Shown: in pieces, positions 1 through 10,523 of the stretch
Numbering within the stretch: position 1 is the first letter of the stretch
Layout: each line of letters starts with the position of its first letter
NCBI GenBank assembly: GCA_002269645.1
Contig: NIVC01004223.1
Location: 1-54,182 of the forward strand
Source of the DNA: Macrostomum lignano
Taxonomy: Eukaryota
Length of the DNA: 54,182 nt
Direction: 5' to 3'
Notes under the pieces: model-generated
What the model was told of the DNA's origin: nothing
Database searches by the model: none
Seen by the model: the letters and a program-made list of their open reading frames with translations, nothing else
Program-made: the position numbers and the translations under genes

Positions 1-5
1 ATTAT

Positions 6-1300
6 TCAAACTTTACTAGACAAGTTATTGATCATATTGACCTTGATCTCCTCTCAAATGCATAGATAATAAACAGATCAACAGCCGTTGCGGCACCAAA
101 TTCTTTACGCTCGATATTAGTCACAATGTTAACGGGGCTATTGTCTGTAGGCATTTGTCTAGCAGTCACATCAACACCAAATATTGGATATAGTTTTTTA
201 TACTGCAAGGTTGTCAAAACAATACCGTTATTCTCTTTGACAGCCAGGTCCGACAGTTCATTGTAAAAACTTACTAATCTTGTTCTCCGAGAAATTCCCA
301 TTTTGTGGCAATGCAGGGTATAAATTGTCACTGATCTCATGTTGAATCGATCGAACGTTTCCATGTAGATATCTACCTACATTAGTTGTATTCCTCATAG
401 TGACAATAATGTACCTTGGATTGCTACAGGAGCCTTCTTTAATGCAAATATTGTGTCTTGCGTCATTCCGCTCATCTCTGCACATATAAGCTGTATAAGC
501 AACATCAATGTCTTTCTCAATCGCCTTCAAGTATTCAGCTTTGAGTGCAGTCTTGGGCTCAATAATTTCTAGTACAGCTCCACGCCAGTTAGCTTAATCT
601 CCATCGATGTATGATTGGCCCCCGACCAAATTCCTCTGTTCCGATCATCTCTAGTCAGTCTAAATGTGTAGCTAAAGTTGCTTGTCAACCGATTGAAACT
701 ATTACAGAAACCACTCATAAACCTCAAAGGTACAAAAATATCTACAGACCTAAACAGCGGATTCTTAGCAGCATCGTTCTCACCAACAAGAGCATAGTTG
801 TATCTCTCCTTTCTCTTTTTGTAACCAGGGTCATTCTCATCTCCTGTCTGTTCATTGGGGATGAATCCAGCACCGCTCCCCATCTGAATAAAATCCGGGT
901 TCTCAATCAAGCACTGGGTATCATAGACCACACCAAAGTTTGCTATTCTTTCCAATTCTGTACTTCCATTGGACACATTAAACTCTTTGAACATATAAGC
1001 CCAGAAATTACTGGTTAGTGCGACATCCGCATTGTGTAGATCATCATTAGCATGAGCGGCGTCTGCGCCTCCTTTAGTTTTGAATTGATACGTCATATAG
1101 AAGCCGCTCCTTAGACTGTGCACACTAACCAAAGACGAACATCCATTGTATGTAAATGTCAGTGTTTGACCAGGACCAAGATTAGTTTCATTCTGATTTT
1201 CCTGACTGGGAACTCTTACCTGAGTCGCTTTGATTGTGCTATCATCACTCAAAATAGGCTTGTTAATTTTGTAGAAAACTGGTGTCAGTGGGTCGTTCAT
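6..1300 (-). CDS. Polinton-type double jelly-roll major capsid protein (hexon-like), three apparent 1-nt frameshifts
   Basis: ORFs 569-1300, 258-530 and 32-364 join into ~430 aa: ...GVELY(L)EIIEPKTALKAEYLKAIEK...NPRYIIVT...LYPALPQNGNFSENKISKF/YNEL...YKKLYPIFGVD...AFE(RE)IKVNMINNLSSKV*. Shifts at ~571, 265-269 (A5) and ~50. Motif spacing recalls Polinton MCPs. Identification is by pattern and gene context. Confidence 0.8.
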
Positions 1301-1330
1301 TTTTTAACTAAAAATAAAATAAAATAAGAA

Positions 1331-2563
1331 ATGAAGCGAAAAAGTACACAGCAGATATCTGAATTGGAGAAGCTAGCACAAGCAGAGAAACGAGTTACCG
1401 GGCTAATAAATAAGGAGCAACAATCCTACAATGAATTCGTCCAAGCAGCCACCGAATTTCACAAACCCGGATACACAGAAGCGAAGAAAAACCTCGACAC
1501 TGTGAAGGAAGCAGTTGATGATATTCAAGAGAGCCACTTGCAAAACACATTGGGTAAAATCCCATCTTCACTGGGACAAACACAGGCTCAGCAACCAGGA
1601 CAACCAGTGCAGATGAATGTGAAGGATAACTTTTTTGGCCCCGTATTGGATGATGGAAAATATATTTTTGGAATTAGCGACTGGCGAAAAAATATTACCG
1701 GGGAACCGGCGGATTACAACATTGAAGTGACGAAGGAAACTATTTCAATCAATAAAGGCGCAGAAACTAAACGAATCCCCTTCACTCAAACTTTACTTGA
1801 TTACATGACTAAAAATCAGGAAAAAAGATCCGAGAAGCAGCTAAAAAATTACAAAGATCTTGTTACCTTTGCTCTTGATAGGGACATAGACATTCTCAAG
1901 AACAACGGTGTTTTGAAAATTTTACATGAAAACGGGATTGTCTTGAACAATTGTAAAAAATACAAATACTTTAAACAATGGTTTGGTTTGCCGGATCAAG
2001 AAGAGGTCATAAGACAAAAACACAACAACCACAACCGCCACAACAACCACAACAGCAGCAACCACAACCACAACCACAACAACCACAATAGCAGCAACCA
2101 CAAACACAACCACAACCACAACAACCTCCACCGCCACAGCAACCTCCACCGCCACAGCAACAAAAAAACCCAGGTTGAACAAGTACTTGATCAACTTGAC
2201 ACTGTAGACCCGATTCTTGTTTCGCAGTACAAAGATAGAAACCCTGATACTTGGCGACAATTAGAACAGTTCTCCCCAGAACGAATGAAGCGAATCAATG
2301 ACAGAGTATTCACACCTAGGCTACAGCAACCCTCACCAGGAACATCCTTCTCTGACCAATCATTCGAATCACCACCAAGCTCTTCCGGAAAAGGCATGCC
2401 TGAATTCTACAAGCGAGTAGCGGTTCTTCTAGGAGCGGCAAAGACCGGAATGAAAGATGAGAATAGAAAAGAGTTCGTTCACATCCTCAATAAAATGCTT
2501 GAGAGAAAATACATCGATAAGAGGGCGAGAGAGCTTCTGCTTTCGCGGTTCAACAAAAAATAA
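1331..2563 (+). CDS. Conserved Polinton accessory/core protein with low-complexity linker
   Basis: 410-aa ORF. The C-terminus GKGMPEFYKRVAVLLGAAKTG...EFVHILNKMLERKYI resembles the 'RL.LL.gs..AGN...Ei..il..L' motif common in Polinton core proteins. Internal repeat tract at 2021-2165. Confidence 0.65.
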   Translation: MKRKSTQQISELEKLAQAEKRVTGLINKEQQSYNEFVQAATEFHKPGYTEAKKNLDTVKEAVDDIQESHLQNTLGKIPSSLGQTQAQQPGQPVQMNVKDNFFGPVLDDGKYIFGISDWRKNITGEPADYNIEVTKETISINKGAETKRIPFTQTLLDYMTKNQEKRSEKQLKNYKDLVTFALDRDIDILKNNGVLKILHENGIVLNNCKKYKYFKQWFGLPDQEEVIRQKHNNHNRHNNHNSSNHNHNHNNHNSSNHKHNHNHNNLHRHSNLHRHSNKKTQVEQVLDQLDTVDPILVSQYKDRNPDTWRQLEQFSPERMKRINDRVFTPRLQQPSPGTSFSDQSFESPPSSSGKGMPEFYKRVAVLLGAAKTGMKDENRKEFVHILNKMLERKYIDKRARELLLSRFNKK

Positions 2564-2579
2564 TTTATTTCAAGTAAAA

Positions 2580-2951
2580 ATGCCACTTATTTTCGAAAAA
2601 GACATTGACAAATACTATGACAAAGAGGAACTTAATCTCATTAAACGCGGATCTGGACTTTTCCCTGCCGGCCACTATCCAAGAAAAGAACGCTCTGGGA
2701 ATGGCCTTGCCGATTTGATCGCTCAGGGGGCCAAGATTTTTAAGGTCATTGGAGAGAACATCAAGAACGTTGCCGAAGCGGCTGGCAGTGTAGCCACAGC
2801 AGCCAAAAAGATTAAAGATACGGTTCATGAAACCCGGAAATCAATACAAGATATTCAACCCCTTGCACCGAGTGCAGATAGTGTCGATCCAGCCATCTAC
2901 GCAAAGATGAGAGCTGAATATAAGAAAGGAGGCGGTTTTAAATTTGACTAA
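2580..2951 (+). CDS. Small basic protein with amphipathic helix (candidate membrane-lytic virion core protein)
   Basis: Likely start is the AAAAATG at 2580 within ORF 2457-2951 (123 aa). GLADLIAQGAKIFKVIGENIKNVAEAAG is amphipathic and follows GxG motifs. Confidence 0.6.
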   Translation: MPLIFEKDIDKYYDKEELNLIKRGSGLFPAGHYPRKERSGNGLADLIAQGAKIFKVIGENIKNVAEAAGSVATAAKKIKDTVHETRKSIQDIQPLAPSADSVDPAIYAKMRAEYKKGGGFKFD

Positions 2952-2987
2952 TTTGGTGCACCCTGACGGTAAAAGAGGTGTGAGGGT

Positions 2988-3100
2988 GTAGGACTAGTCG
3001 GATGTAGGACTAGTCGAAAAAAGACACACACAACCCGAAAAAGACACACACATCCCGCAAAGAGACACACACATACACATCCCGAAAAAAGACACACGCG
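2988..3100. repeat. Short intergenic direct repeats upstream of the ATPase gene
   Basis: TGTAGGACTAGTCG twice, followed by about four degenerate copies of (CCCG)AAAAAGACACACAC. Confidence 0.7.
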
Positions 3101-3146
3101 TCTTAAATACACAAGTTTAAAAAGAAAAAGTTTTTTTACATAAAAA

Positions 3147-3946
3147 ATGGACTTCACAAACGACTTTCATCCCCACTGGACACGCAATCAGATAAAATTT
3201 GCTCACAACGAGATAATTCCAGGGCACTTCCGATGCATTGTTGTTGGCTCATCTGGGTCAGGGAAAACCTTCAGAGTTTTTAACATGCTCCTCAGACCTG
3301 GATTCCTTGATTATGACACACTACATATCTATTCACCCACTCTGTATCAAGATGAGTATAAAATGCTAGTAGCGGGCCTACAGAACAAACTCAACAAGGA
3401 AGATATTATTCAATGTTTTAGACATCAAAAAGACCTCAACAGCAACCCGGAAGTTGTAGCCACTGAATACGCAAAGCACATCCCAGACAATGAAAAATGG
3501 CAAAATATTAAAGTTTTCACTTATGGAGATCCACAGATAGATCCTAAAACTAAACTCTTACCTCAACCTGATGAACTAGAAAAGGGGAGAAAGCACCTGA
3601 TTGTCTTTGATGACTGCATGACCGGTCCCCAGAAACAGATAGAAAATTATTTCACCCGGGGTAGACACAATAACTGCAATGTTATTTACATTGCCCAAAA
3701 CTGGTTTGAACTGCCAAATAAAACAATTAGAGGTAACTGTAATTTGATTCTCCTTTTCCCAACCATACCACAGGATCGACTGAAACGATTTTATAATGAG
3801 GTCATTGCCCCAGCTCACATTACATATCCAGCTAAAACTCTAACAGAACAATATCACAGGAGGAATTTGTTAACATATGCTATGAAAAGTGGAACCAACC
3901 CTATCAGTTTGTCATGATTAATAAGGAGAAAAGAATTTTACTTTAA
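3147..3946 (+). CDS. A32/FtsK-like genome packaging ATPase (one apparent -1 frameshift near the C-terminus)
   Basis: Walker A GSSGSGKT, Walker B LIVFDD, and RGRHNN motif. Adding one A to the A4 run at 3834-3837 gives the expected ending ...SQEEFVNICYEKWNQPYQFVMINKEKRILL* (stop 3944-3946). Confidence 0.9.
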
Positions 3947-3963
3947 TTTTTCATTTAAAAAAA

Positions 3964-4773
3964 ATGTCTATTAATTTTGCTGGTGAGTCAACTACAGGCA
4001 ACAGCACTCTCACAACTTCCTTCCTTGACAAGCGCTACATTAACACTGATGAAGAGATCCCAGAGATCAAACTGAATAAAAACAGACTGAAACAATTAGA
4101 ACGCTCCATGCACCAGTTGCAAATAAACATGGAAGATCTCAGGCTTAAAGTAGCTAGGCAGAAGTTTGAAAGTGATAAGCTTTATGTGCCGTTGTTAAAC
4201 GCAACTATTGAACTAAGGTCAGAAATAACTTCGATAGTCTCGCAAATCAACAGCTTAAGATCGACAGTTAATCTTCTGGGAAATTCCACTGATAGACGGA
4301 TGCGTATTCTTGAAGGAGGAGTTTTCACAAACACAGCTAAAGTAAATAATTTAGAAGAGTTCATGAACCAGTCAACAGCGTTGCATGATAGAATTAAAGA
4401 AAACGTCGCAACCAACACAGTTAAAGTAAATAATTTAGAAGAGTTCATGAACCAGTCAACAGCGTTGCATGATAGAATTAAAGAAAGACTTGAAGCATTA
4501 GAGAAAAGCGATGTATCACACAGTAGCTATCTAAACGGAATGTATAGCTCTTGGGGTAAAATAATAAGGAGGCTTGATCGTCTGGAGAGAACACTCAATC
4601 TTCGTGATATTGCTATTGATGAAGCAGAATCTACTGCTCGTCCGGTCATGTCTACAGATCGAGTAGAAGGAGCTCTGGACCCCGCTGGAGTAATCCGGCA
4701 CGCTCTCAAACGTCAGCCGCCCAGCCGCTGCCTGCTGGACTCGCGATCCTCCGGCGTCACGAGAGCCGCCTAG
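3964..4773 (+). CDS. Coiled-coil protein of the element with an internal 28-aa duplication (possible fibre/stalk protein)
   Basis: 269-aa ORF with A7-ATG start and heptad-rich sequence. NT(A/V)KVNNLEEFMNQSTALHDRIKE occurs twice at 84-nt spacing. Function is speculative. Confidence 0.55.
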   Translation: MSINFAGESTTGNSTLTTSFLDKRYINTDEEIPEIKLNKNRLKQLERSMHQLQINMEDLRLKVARQKFESDKLYVPLLNATIELRSEITSIVSQINSLRSTVNLLGNSTDRRMRILEGGVFTNTAKVNNLEEFMNQSTALHDRIKENVATNTVKVNNLEEFMNQSTALHDRIKERLEALEKSDVSHSSYLNGMYSSWGKIIRRLDRLERTLNLRDIAIDEAESTARPVMSTDRVEGALDPAGVIRHALKRQPPSRCLLDSRSSGVTRAA

Positions 4774-4863
4774 ACAACCGGCGGTGCAGATGGAATTATC
4801 AAAAAGAAAACAGATCTTTCAACCGGATAGTTTTATAATTTTTTTATTTTTTCTAGGGAAAAA

Positions 4864-5592
4864 ATGGCCCAACAAAATTCTCTATACGATCAGTCTAAAT
4901 ACGCTGAACCTAAAATACCGACAGCACCAAACCCAATGGCACCGAATTCGAACACACAAAGCCTGAATGCACCGAATCTGAATGCACCTCAATATGAGCA
5001 ACAAAAACTTTACCCCGTCATTACTTGTAACTCTCAACAGTTTCGACTGGTAGAGATTCAAAAAATGCGGGATGACATTGAAAACAATATTTTCCACAAC
5101 ACAAAGAAAATTAAGCGCTATGAAAGCCACTGTAAATTTTTCGACTACAGCAATATGATTCTAGGATCTGTGTCTGTTCTATCTGGATCTGCTGCGGCTG
5201 TCTCAACGTTGCCAGTCATCACAGCCCCAATCGCAATCCCACTCGGCTCTGTGGGTGCTGCATGTGGATTTATTTCAGCAATTACTGGAGCATTAGCGCG
5301 AAACAGGCGAAAAAAACTAAAGCAGCTACAGGAGAAGCAAGTAAAAGAGAAAGGGGTGCACACTTCAATCATAGGGTACATTTCAAGGGCAATCGAGGAT
5401 AAGTTCATTTCAGAGGATGAGTTCAAAACCATTCAGGATCTTTATGAACAATCAATTCGAATGAACTTGAACATGGTCGGTACTGATGACATGAGTCAGC
5501 TGAGAAATGAACTCGAGAAAGTTCTTCAACATTATGTGGAAAGAAAGTCGGCAAGAAGGACAACGAGAAATACACACAATGAACCCTTATGA
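4864..5592 (+). CDS. Polinton-associated protein with two hydrophobic helices between coiled-coil regions
   Basis: 242 aa: LYP...FRL.EI start, hydrophobic ILGSVSVLSGSAAAV and IAIPLGSVGAACGFISAITGAL segments, basic RRKKLK, and ISRAIEDKFISEDEF ending. This layout is commonly seen in Polinton ORFs. Confidence 0.65.
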   Translation: MAQQNSLYDQSKYAEPKIPTAPNPMAPNSNTQSLNAPNLNAPQYEQQKLYPVITCNSQQFRLVEIQKMRDDIENNIFHNTKKIKRYESHCKFFDYSNMILGSVSVLSGSAAAVSTLPVITAPIAIPLGSVGAACGFISAITGALARNRRKKLKQLQEKQVKEKGVHTSIIGYISRAIEDKFISEDEFKTIQDLYEQSIRMNLNMVGTDDMSQLRNELEKVLQHYVERKSARRTTRNTHNEPL

Positions 5593-5986
5593 AACACAGC
5601 CAAGAATAATTTCCTTGTAGGTCTTTCGTGTTTTGGTCATTGCATACAAAACAGTCATGCACAGCTCACCGCAAATATCACTGCTAAGACCTTGGAGAAT
5701 AAAGTCTGAGCGATAAATTTTTTTATTTTTTTCCCTTCATATAATTTCTTAGCTCTTCTGGTACTGCCGTCCCATAGCTATCGAAGTAATAACACTTGTG
5801 CTTGCGATCGGGATCAATCACCCAGCAAACCCAATGAGATCCTGGCTTATCGGTGGTGTCAAAATTCATGATGCCGCATTCCTTTCTTAGAGGAAAATCA
5901 GGCAGAGTGTCCCTCATAAATATTCCTCTAAAGTTTGGGATTTCCAGTTCGTTAGCCAAAGCTTCAAGAAAGTTATTTGTTGTCAT
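5587..5986 (-). CDS. Adenain-like cysteine protease (one apparent +1 frameshift)
   Basis: MTTNNFLEALANELEIPNFRGIFMRDTLP...GSHWVC...YYFDSYG. Removing one T from the T7 run at 5726-5732 continues into IYRSDFILQGLSSDICGELC, which supplies the oxyanion Q and catalytic C, then ...GCVS*. The His/Asp/Cys triad is complete after correction (132 aa). Confidence 0.9.
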
Positions 5987-6038
5987 TTTTATGAGGTTTA
6001 TTAAACTTTCTCTTAAACCTAAACCTAATCTCAACCTC

Positions 6039-9000
6039 CTAAACCCAATCTCCTAAACCTAATCTCCAGTGCCCGAACGGTAGACTGTTAATATTGTCAT
6101 CAAAAATGAATCTCTTATTATCTGCACCTGACAGTCCAATCTTTTTTGCTGAATTGTGTGAATAATATGGTTTTTGATTGTAGCTTTGAGAACTCATGTG
6201 ATGTCTTTTTGTTGCAATTCAAGGCGTCTCTGTATTCAGCTTCATTAATTTCCTTCCTAACCACGCGTTTTGGAATTCCCTTTGATTTTTTAATTGGGTC
6301 TGACGACTCACATTTTACAAAATAGGACTTTGCTCTCAACCCAATGAATTCAGTGATTATGTCACCAGCAATCTCGTCCTTCATTTTCCCAATCACTTTC
6401 TTGTTAGTGGCGTCAAACACTTGATCGCCATTCTGTGTCCTGAAAGATTCATCATACTCAGACAAGTCAAACAAATCTTTTTGCTGCAGCATGTCCTGAT
6501 AAATGTCTTCTGTTTGAATGTCCATAATAAAACTGTCTGTGTCAGTGTACAAGAGTTTCATTTTATCCTTGTACTGCTGCTTCATGCCATACAAGAACTG
6601 GTACATCAGACGTTTTGATTCGTCGAGAACAGTGACACCTGTATAGATCGGCTTGCGCAGCGTCACCTTGGTTTTGTAAAATATGATCACACCTAAGTAG
6701 CTATTAAAGATATGGAGTTCTTTGAATGTTGGCTTTGACATATTTGCCTGAATAACAGCAGGCTCTGATGAGGTAACAAGTTTCAGGTTTGTTCTTTTCC
6801 GCTCATTCTCAAGAGTCTTGCCATAGACAGAGTTGTTGGCCAACTTAAAGAGGTTCTTGTCAAAGTCGTTGGTTGCTTTGGTCCTAAACTGGGTATTCTT
6901 ATCAATGTAGGGTTTCATCCACGCTTCCTCTGTAAATGTAAGAGCCCGGTGAACTTTAGTGACCCTGCAACCAAGTGAGATAAAATACTGAAGCAGTTTG
7001 TAATGGATTTTGTAACGTGTCTTGTTGTTTAGATTCTGTGTTAGTTTCTCTGTATGTTCTTTTTCTGTTCCTGACAGGTGCCAAGTTCCATTATTATCAT
7101 TGGGAGTTTCGATTATTTTCGGGCACTTGATGTTCTCTGGGAAGGGTGGAAAGTCAGAGAAATAGTCGTGAAGCTCTGGTGGAATGTAAACATCAACCTC
7201 ATAAATGGCAGCCAATGAAAAGTCCCATTTGAATTCTGATGAGGGTAGCCATCGAAAATCTCTAACTGGAAGATCTTGACTCATCGCCCACCCGTAGAGA
7301 TTATTAGCGTCCAAGTAAGTAATGTAGTTTGAGGGCTGCTCCTTATTGTAAGATTCAATGTAGGGATTGTTTGCTTTTGCATACCTGTTAACGCAAATTG
7401 AGATTCCCCCTCGCTTTGACGATTCGACAAAATTGTACATGTCAATGTCTGTAAGAAGTTCAATGTACCAATCTGGATCTTGATCCCATTTCATTTTAAC
7501 AAAGATTCCCAGCTAGTGGCAGGGAGAGACACATAATGTGCTGGATCGAGGCCATATGCTGTGTACCAGGTGTATCTGAAGGTTTCAAACACATCGGCCA
7601 GCAGAAACACATCTGTGTAGAGGTAAAGCAGGTGATACTGGAAGAAGTTTTGACAATTAAAGTAATTATAGACATGCTTCGCGTGCTCATAGTCTTTGTC
7701 AGAGATTCCAGAGTCTGTTAGCTTTGAAAAGAACTTTTCTTGTGGTGGTAAACCTTCTCCAAATACGTGATACCCAGTAATATTTTCATAGGGGTAGAAG
7801 CCTTTCTTTCTTAAAAGTTTAAATGATTCATCACTGTTGTTAATTTTACTTGCAAATATCTTTGTATATGTACATTGTTCATCTTTTAGATTCTTGCTTA
7901 GTTCGTCTAGACTGGCCGCTAGAAATTGATATGAATCCTTCAGTCTTATTTTACCTGTACCCGAATTATCCTGTTTAATATCAACGCACTTAAACTTCTC
8001 CTTGTTTTCTGCGATGCAGTCAAGGTGTATGTCTTGAATCATGCCGATTTTTTCAACTATTAAATGCATGTCATAGTTCTTTGCGTTGTGACAAAATATC
8101 GTTAGATCATGAATGTTGGATTTTAGCTTTAGATTACAGGTGTTATGCGCTGCACCTCTAAATTTCCCAGTAAAGTGACAGTGGTCCCTAACGGTGGGGT
8201 TTTTAAAATCAGTGCAAGTTAACTGTTTCCTGCAGATGTGGCAATGAGTTGCTGATAGGAAATTGCTTTCATCCTCCTCAGTCATCATTATTGGAACAGG
8301 TTGAAGAGTGCTAATTACTCTTTGCAACTCTAACATTCTGGCAATAAACTGCTCCACACACTGGTCTCCAAAGAAATAATTATACTCAACAAGTCCTTTT
8401 GTATTAATAAAGGCATATGCTACTGAATTGGGGACATGTTTTTGAGTTTGAGTTTGTTTTTGAGTATGAGTTTGTTTTTGAGTTTCTGGCATGATTGAGC
8501 ATTCGAAATCAGCATATACAACAAACGGGAGCTTCTCCATCTTGTGATAGTTATTAAAACGGAGATACTTCTCTTCAGCTGAAGGAAGAGAGCAATTGGT
8601 CGGGTGATCCTCGCATGATAATTCATGCTCTGTTAGTTTTTCAAAGCGTTCAGGTCCACTGTAATGCTTAAGGCACAAGCGGCAGATGGCAACAGCCTCG
8701 TGATGATTATTCAACTGCTTGTGAATGAGTCTTGAAAGATCTTTAATCCAAACATAGTGAGCCTCCTCTAGTAAATTACCAATCACTAGAAGATCCACTT
8801 CAGTCCGCCTTTTCCCCTCAGGATCTAAAACGTCTTTGCTACATCTGACCGGTTGAACTTTCTCAGTTTTTTCACTCCACTCAAAGACTGTTATTCTAAT
8901 TTTGTTATTAAACACTTCTTCTAGCTTTGGGATCTGAGAGATCGCCAAGCCTCCTTTGTCAAACCTGATTCCCTTCTTTTCACATTCGATGAGATAGTGC

Positions 9001-9899
9001 TTGAAATAATTTTGATAATTTGAGGTTCTTTCGGGGTGGTGAGAGACACTATCATGATGAAGTGCAGAAAGAACTGCCCATAGAGCACAGCAGTTGTCTT
9101 TATTTTTAACATTTATGCAAGCTTTTTTGCCGGCTAGCTTATGCGGGAGATCTATATAAGAGGAGGCTTTAAGTGGGTCATATTTCATGACCATAACAGT
9201 CGCTCTTTGAATCCCTCCTACGACCCATCCGGAACCTCTGGATGTAAACGCTTCAATTTTCTTAGTGACATCTTGAAGGAAAGGATCCAGTGTGTCTGTA
9301 GGGGTGAATGGCTTTGCCTTTGTTGTCATGTAATACTCGAGATGCTCAGTGGGTTTTGCAGGCATATAAAACGCAATCTTGAATGATATCTGTAGTTTAA
9401 AGGTCTTGCGTGTTTTGAGTGTGTGATCAACAACTGATTGGATGCTGTCTTTATAGTCGTAGATGTTTGCGGTGGTACCGTTGGTGTCGTTAATTGGGAT
9501 TGTGTACTCGATGTAATGTTCTGTAAACTTCCTCTGTGCAAAATTAATCTCTTCAGTGGCAAGCTCCGACTCTTTTAAATGGATTAATTGCTCTAATTTC
9601 TCTTGTTCCTGCTTATTTTGTGGGTACTTTGCTTTTTCACCAGCGAGAGTTTCGTATTTGTTAACTGAGTTGCGACTCCTCTCTTGGTGTTCCTTTGCAG
9701 GATTTTGTATAGGCGCATACTGGTTGGATTCTAATTGGTTGATGATTTCCAACTGTTTTTCATAGCTTCCCAGGTGACCAGGGTCGGTGTTAAACTTTTG
9801 TTTGCATGCTTCTCTTAGTAAATTACTTTTGTCTTGAAATGAGACGCCTTTTGAAAAATATTTGTTGACTAAATCTCTTGCTGGATTGGCTTTTGGCAT
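6039..9899 (-). CDS. polB: Protein-primed family B DNA polymerase (three apparent -1 frameshifts)
   Basis: Exo I YADFEC, Exo II HNAKNYD, Exo III YLYTDV, Pol A YLDANNLYG, Pol B KLANNSVYGK, Pol C YTDTDS. Also an EndoVII-like CHIC...RDHCHFTGKFRGAAHNTCN motif and an N-terminal OTU-like NCCALWAV...HYVWI region. ORFs 7491-9899 and 6118-7494 join by one A at 7494-7497. Two more at 6171-6175 and 6142-6147 restore KIGLSGADNKRF...LPFGHW (~1287 aa). Confidence 0.95.
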
Positions 9900-10041
9900 T
9901 TTTTCTCGAAAATATAAAAAAAATTTTGAGGGTGACCACCCTGATAGAAAAGTTGAACTGTTTCTACATCCTATTAGTAGCGTTAGGTTTATGAAGCTGG
10001 ATAAAGTGGGGTTTTAAACCTCATCACATTCGCATTCACAT

Positions 10042-10506
10042 TCACATCCGCATTATTGTAAACCCAGCATTGTGCAGTGTCATGATGGCTTTGACAATGT
10101 CGGACTTGCTTACAGAATTTTGATGCTCACAATCATCATGATCATCACAATCATCAAAATCAGGGCAGCCCTCTCCTGCCTTAATTGTTATACCTTTGTC
10201 TCTTGCAATCTTTTGCAATTCTAGCTGGTGGGCTCTATCATTCCCAGCTTTAACAGCAGTTGCTACACCTCCAGCTACACCACCTGCGGCACTTACAGCG
10301 CCTGCAATGATTGGGATAAGAGCTGCTAATGGTAGGATTCCTCCTGACTTTTCATCTGTGATGCTGTGTCTTTGCTCATTACATTGAACTATTTGCTGTG
10401 TGGGATCAACCTTAACTTTGACACCTTTAATTGATATAAGACCTGGTTTCTTTGATTCAATGATTTTATTGAGTTTATTGATGGTTCTGGTTTCGATCTT
10501 TGTCAT
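10042..10506 (-). CDS. Adenovirus pX (mu precursor)-like core protein
   Basis: KSGGILPLAALIPIIAGAVSAAGGVAGGVATAV closely resembles the adenovirus pX C-terminal segment (MRGGILPLLIPLIAAAIGAVPGIASV, recalled from memory), including the GG cleavage site. Confidence 0.7.
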   Translation of the reverse strand: MTKIETRTINKLNKIIESKKPGLISIKGVKVKVDPTQQIVQCNEQRHSITDEKSGGILPLAALIPIIAGAVSAAGGVAGGVATAVKAGNDRAHQLELQKIARDKGITIKAGEGCPDFDDCDDHDDCEHQNSVSKSDIVKAIMTLHNAGFTIMRM

Positions 10507-10523
10507 TTTTTTATTTTAATATT

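Noticed and set aside
5987-6034. TTG-started extension of the protease ORF and the TTAGGT-like repeats at 6015-6066
   Set aside because: The AAAAATG at 5986 gives a typical protease N-terminus. The repeats are short, degenerate and partly within the PolB 3' end, so they are not telomeric.
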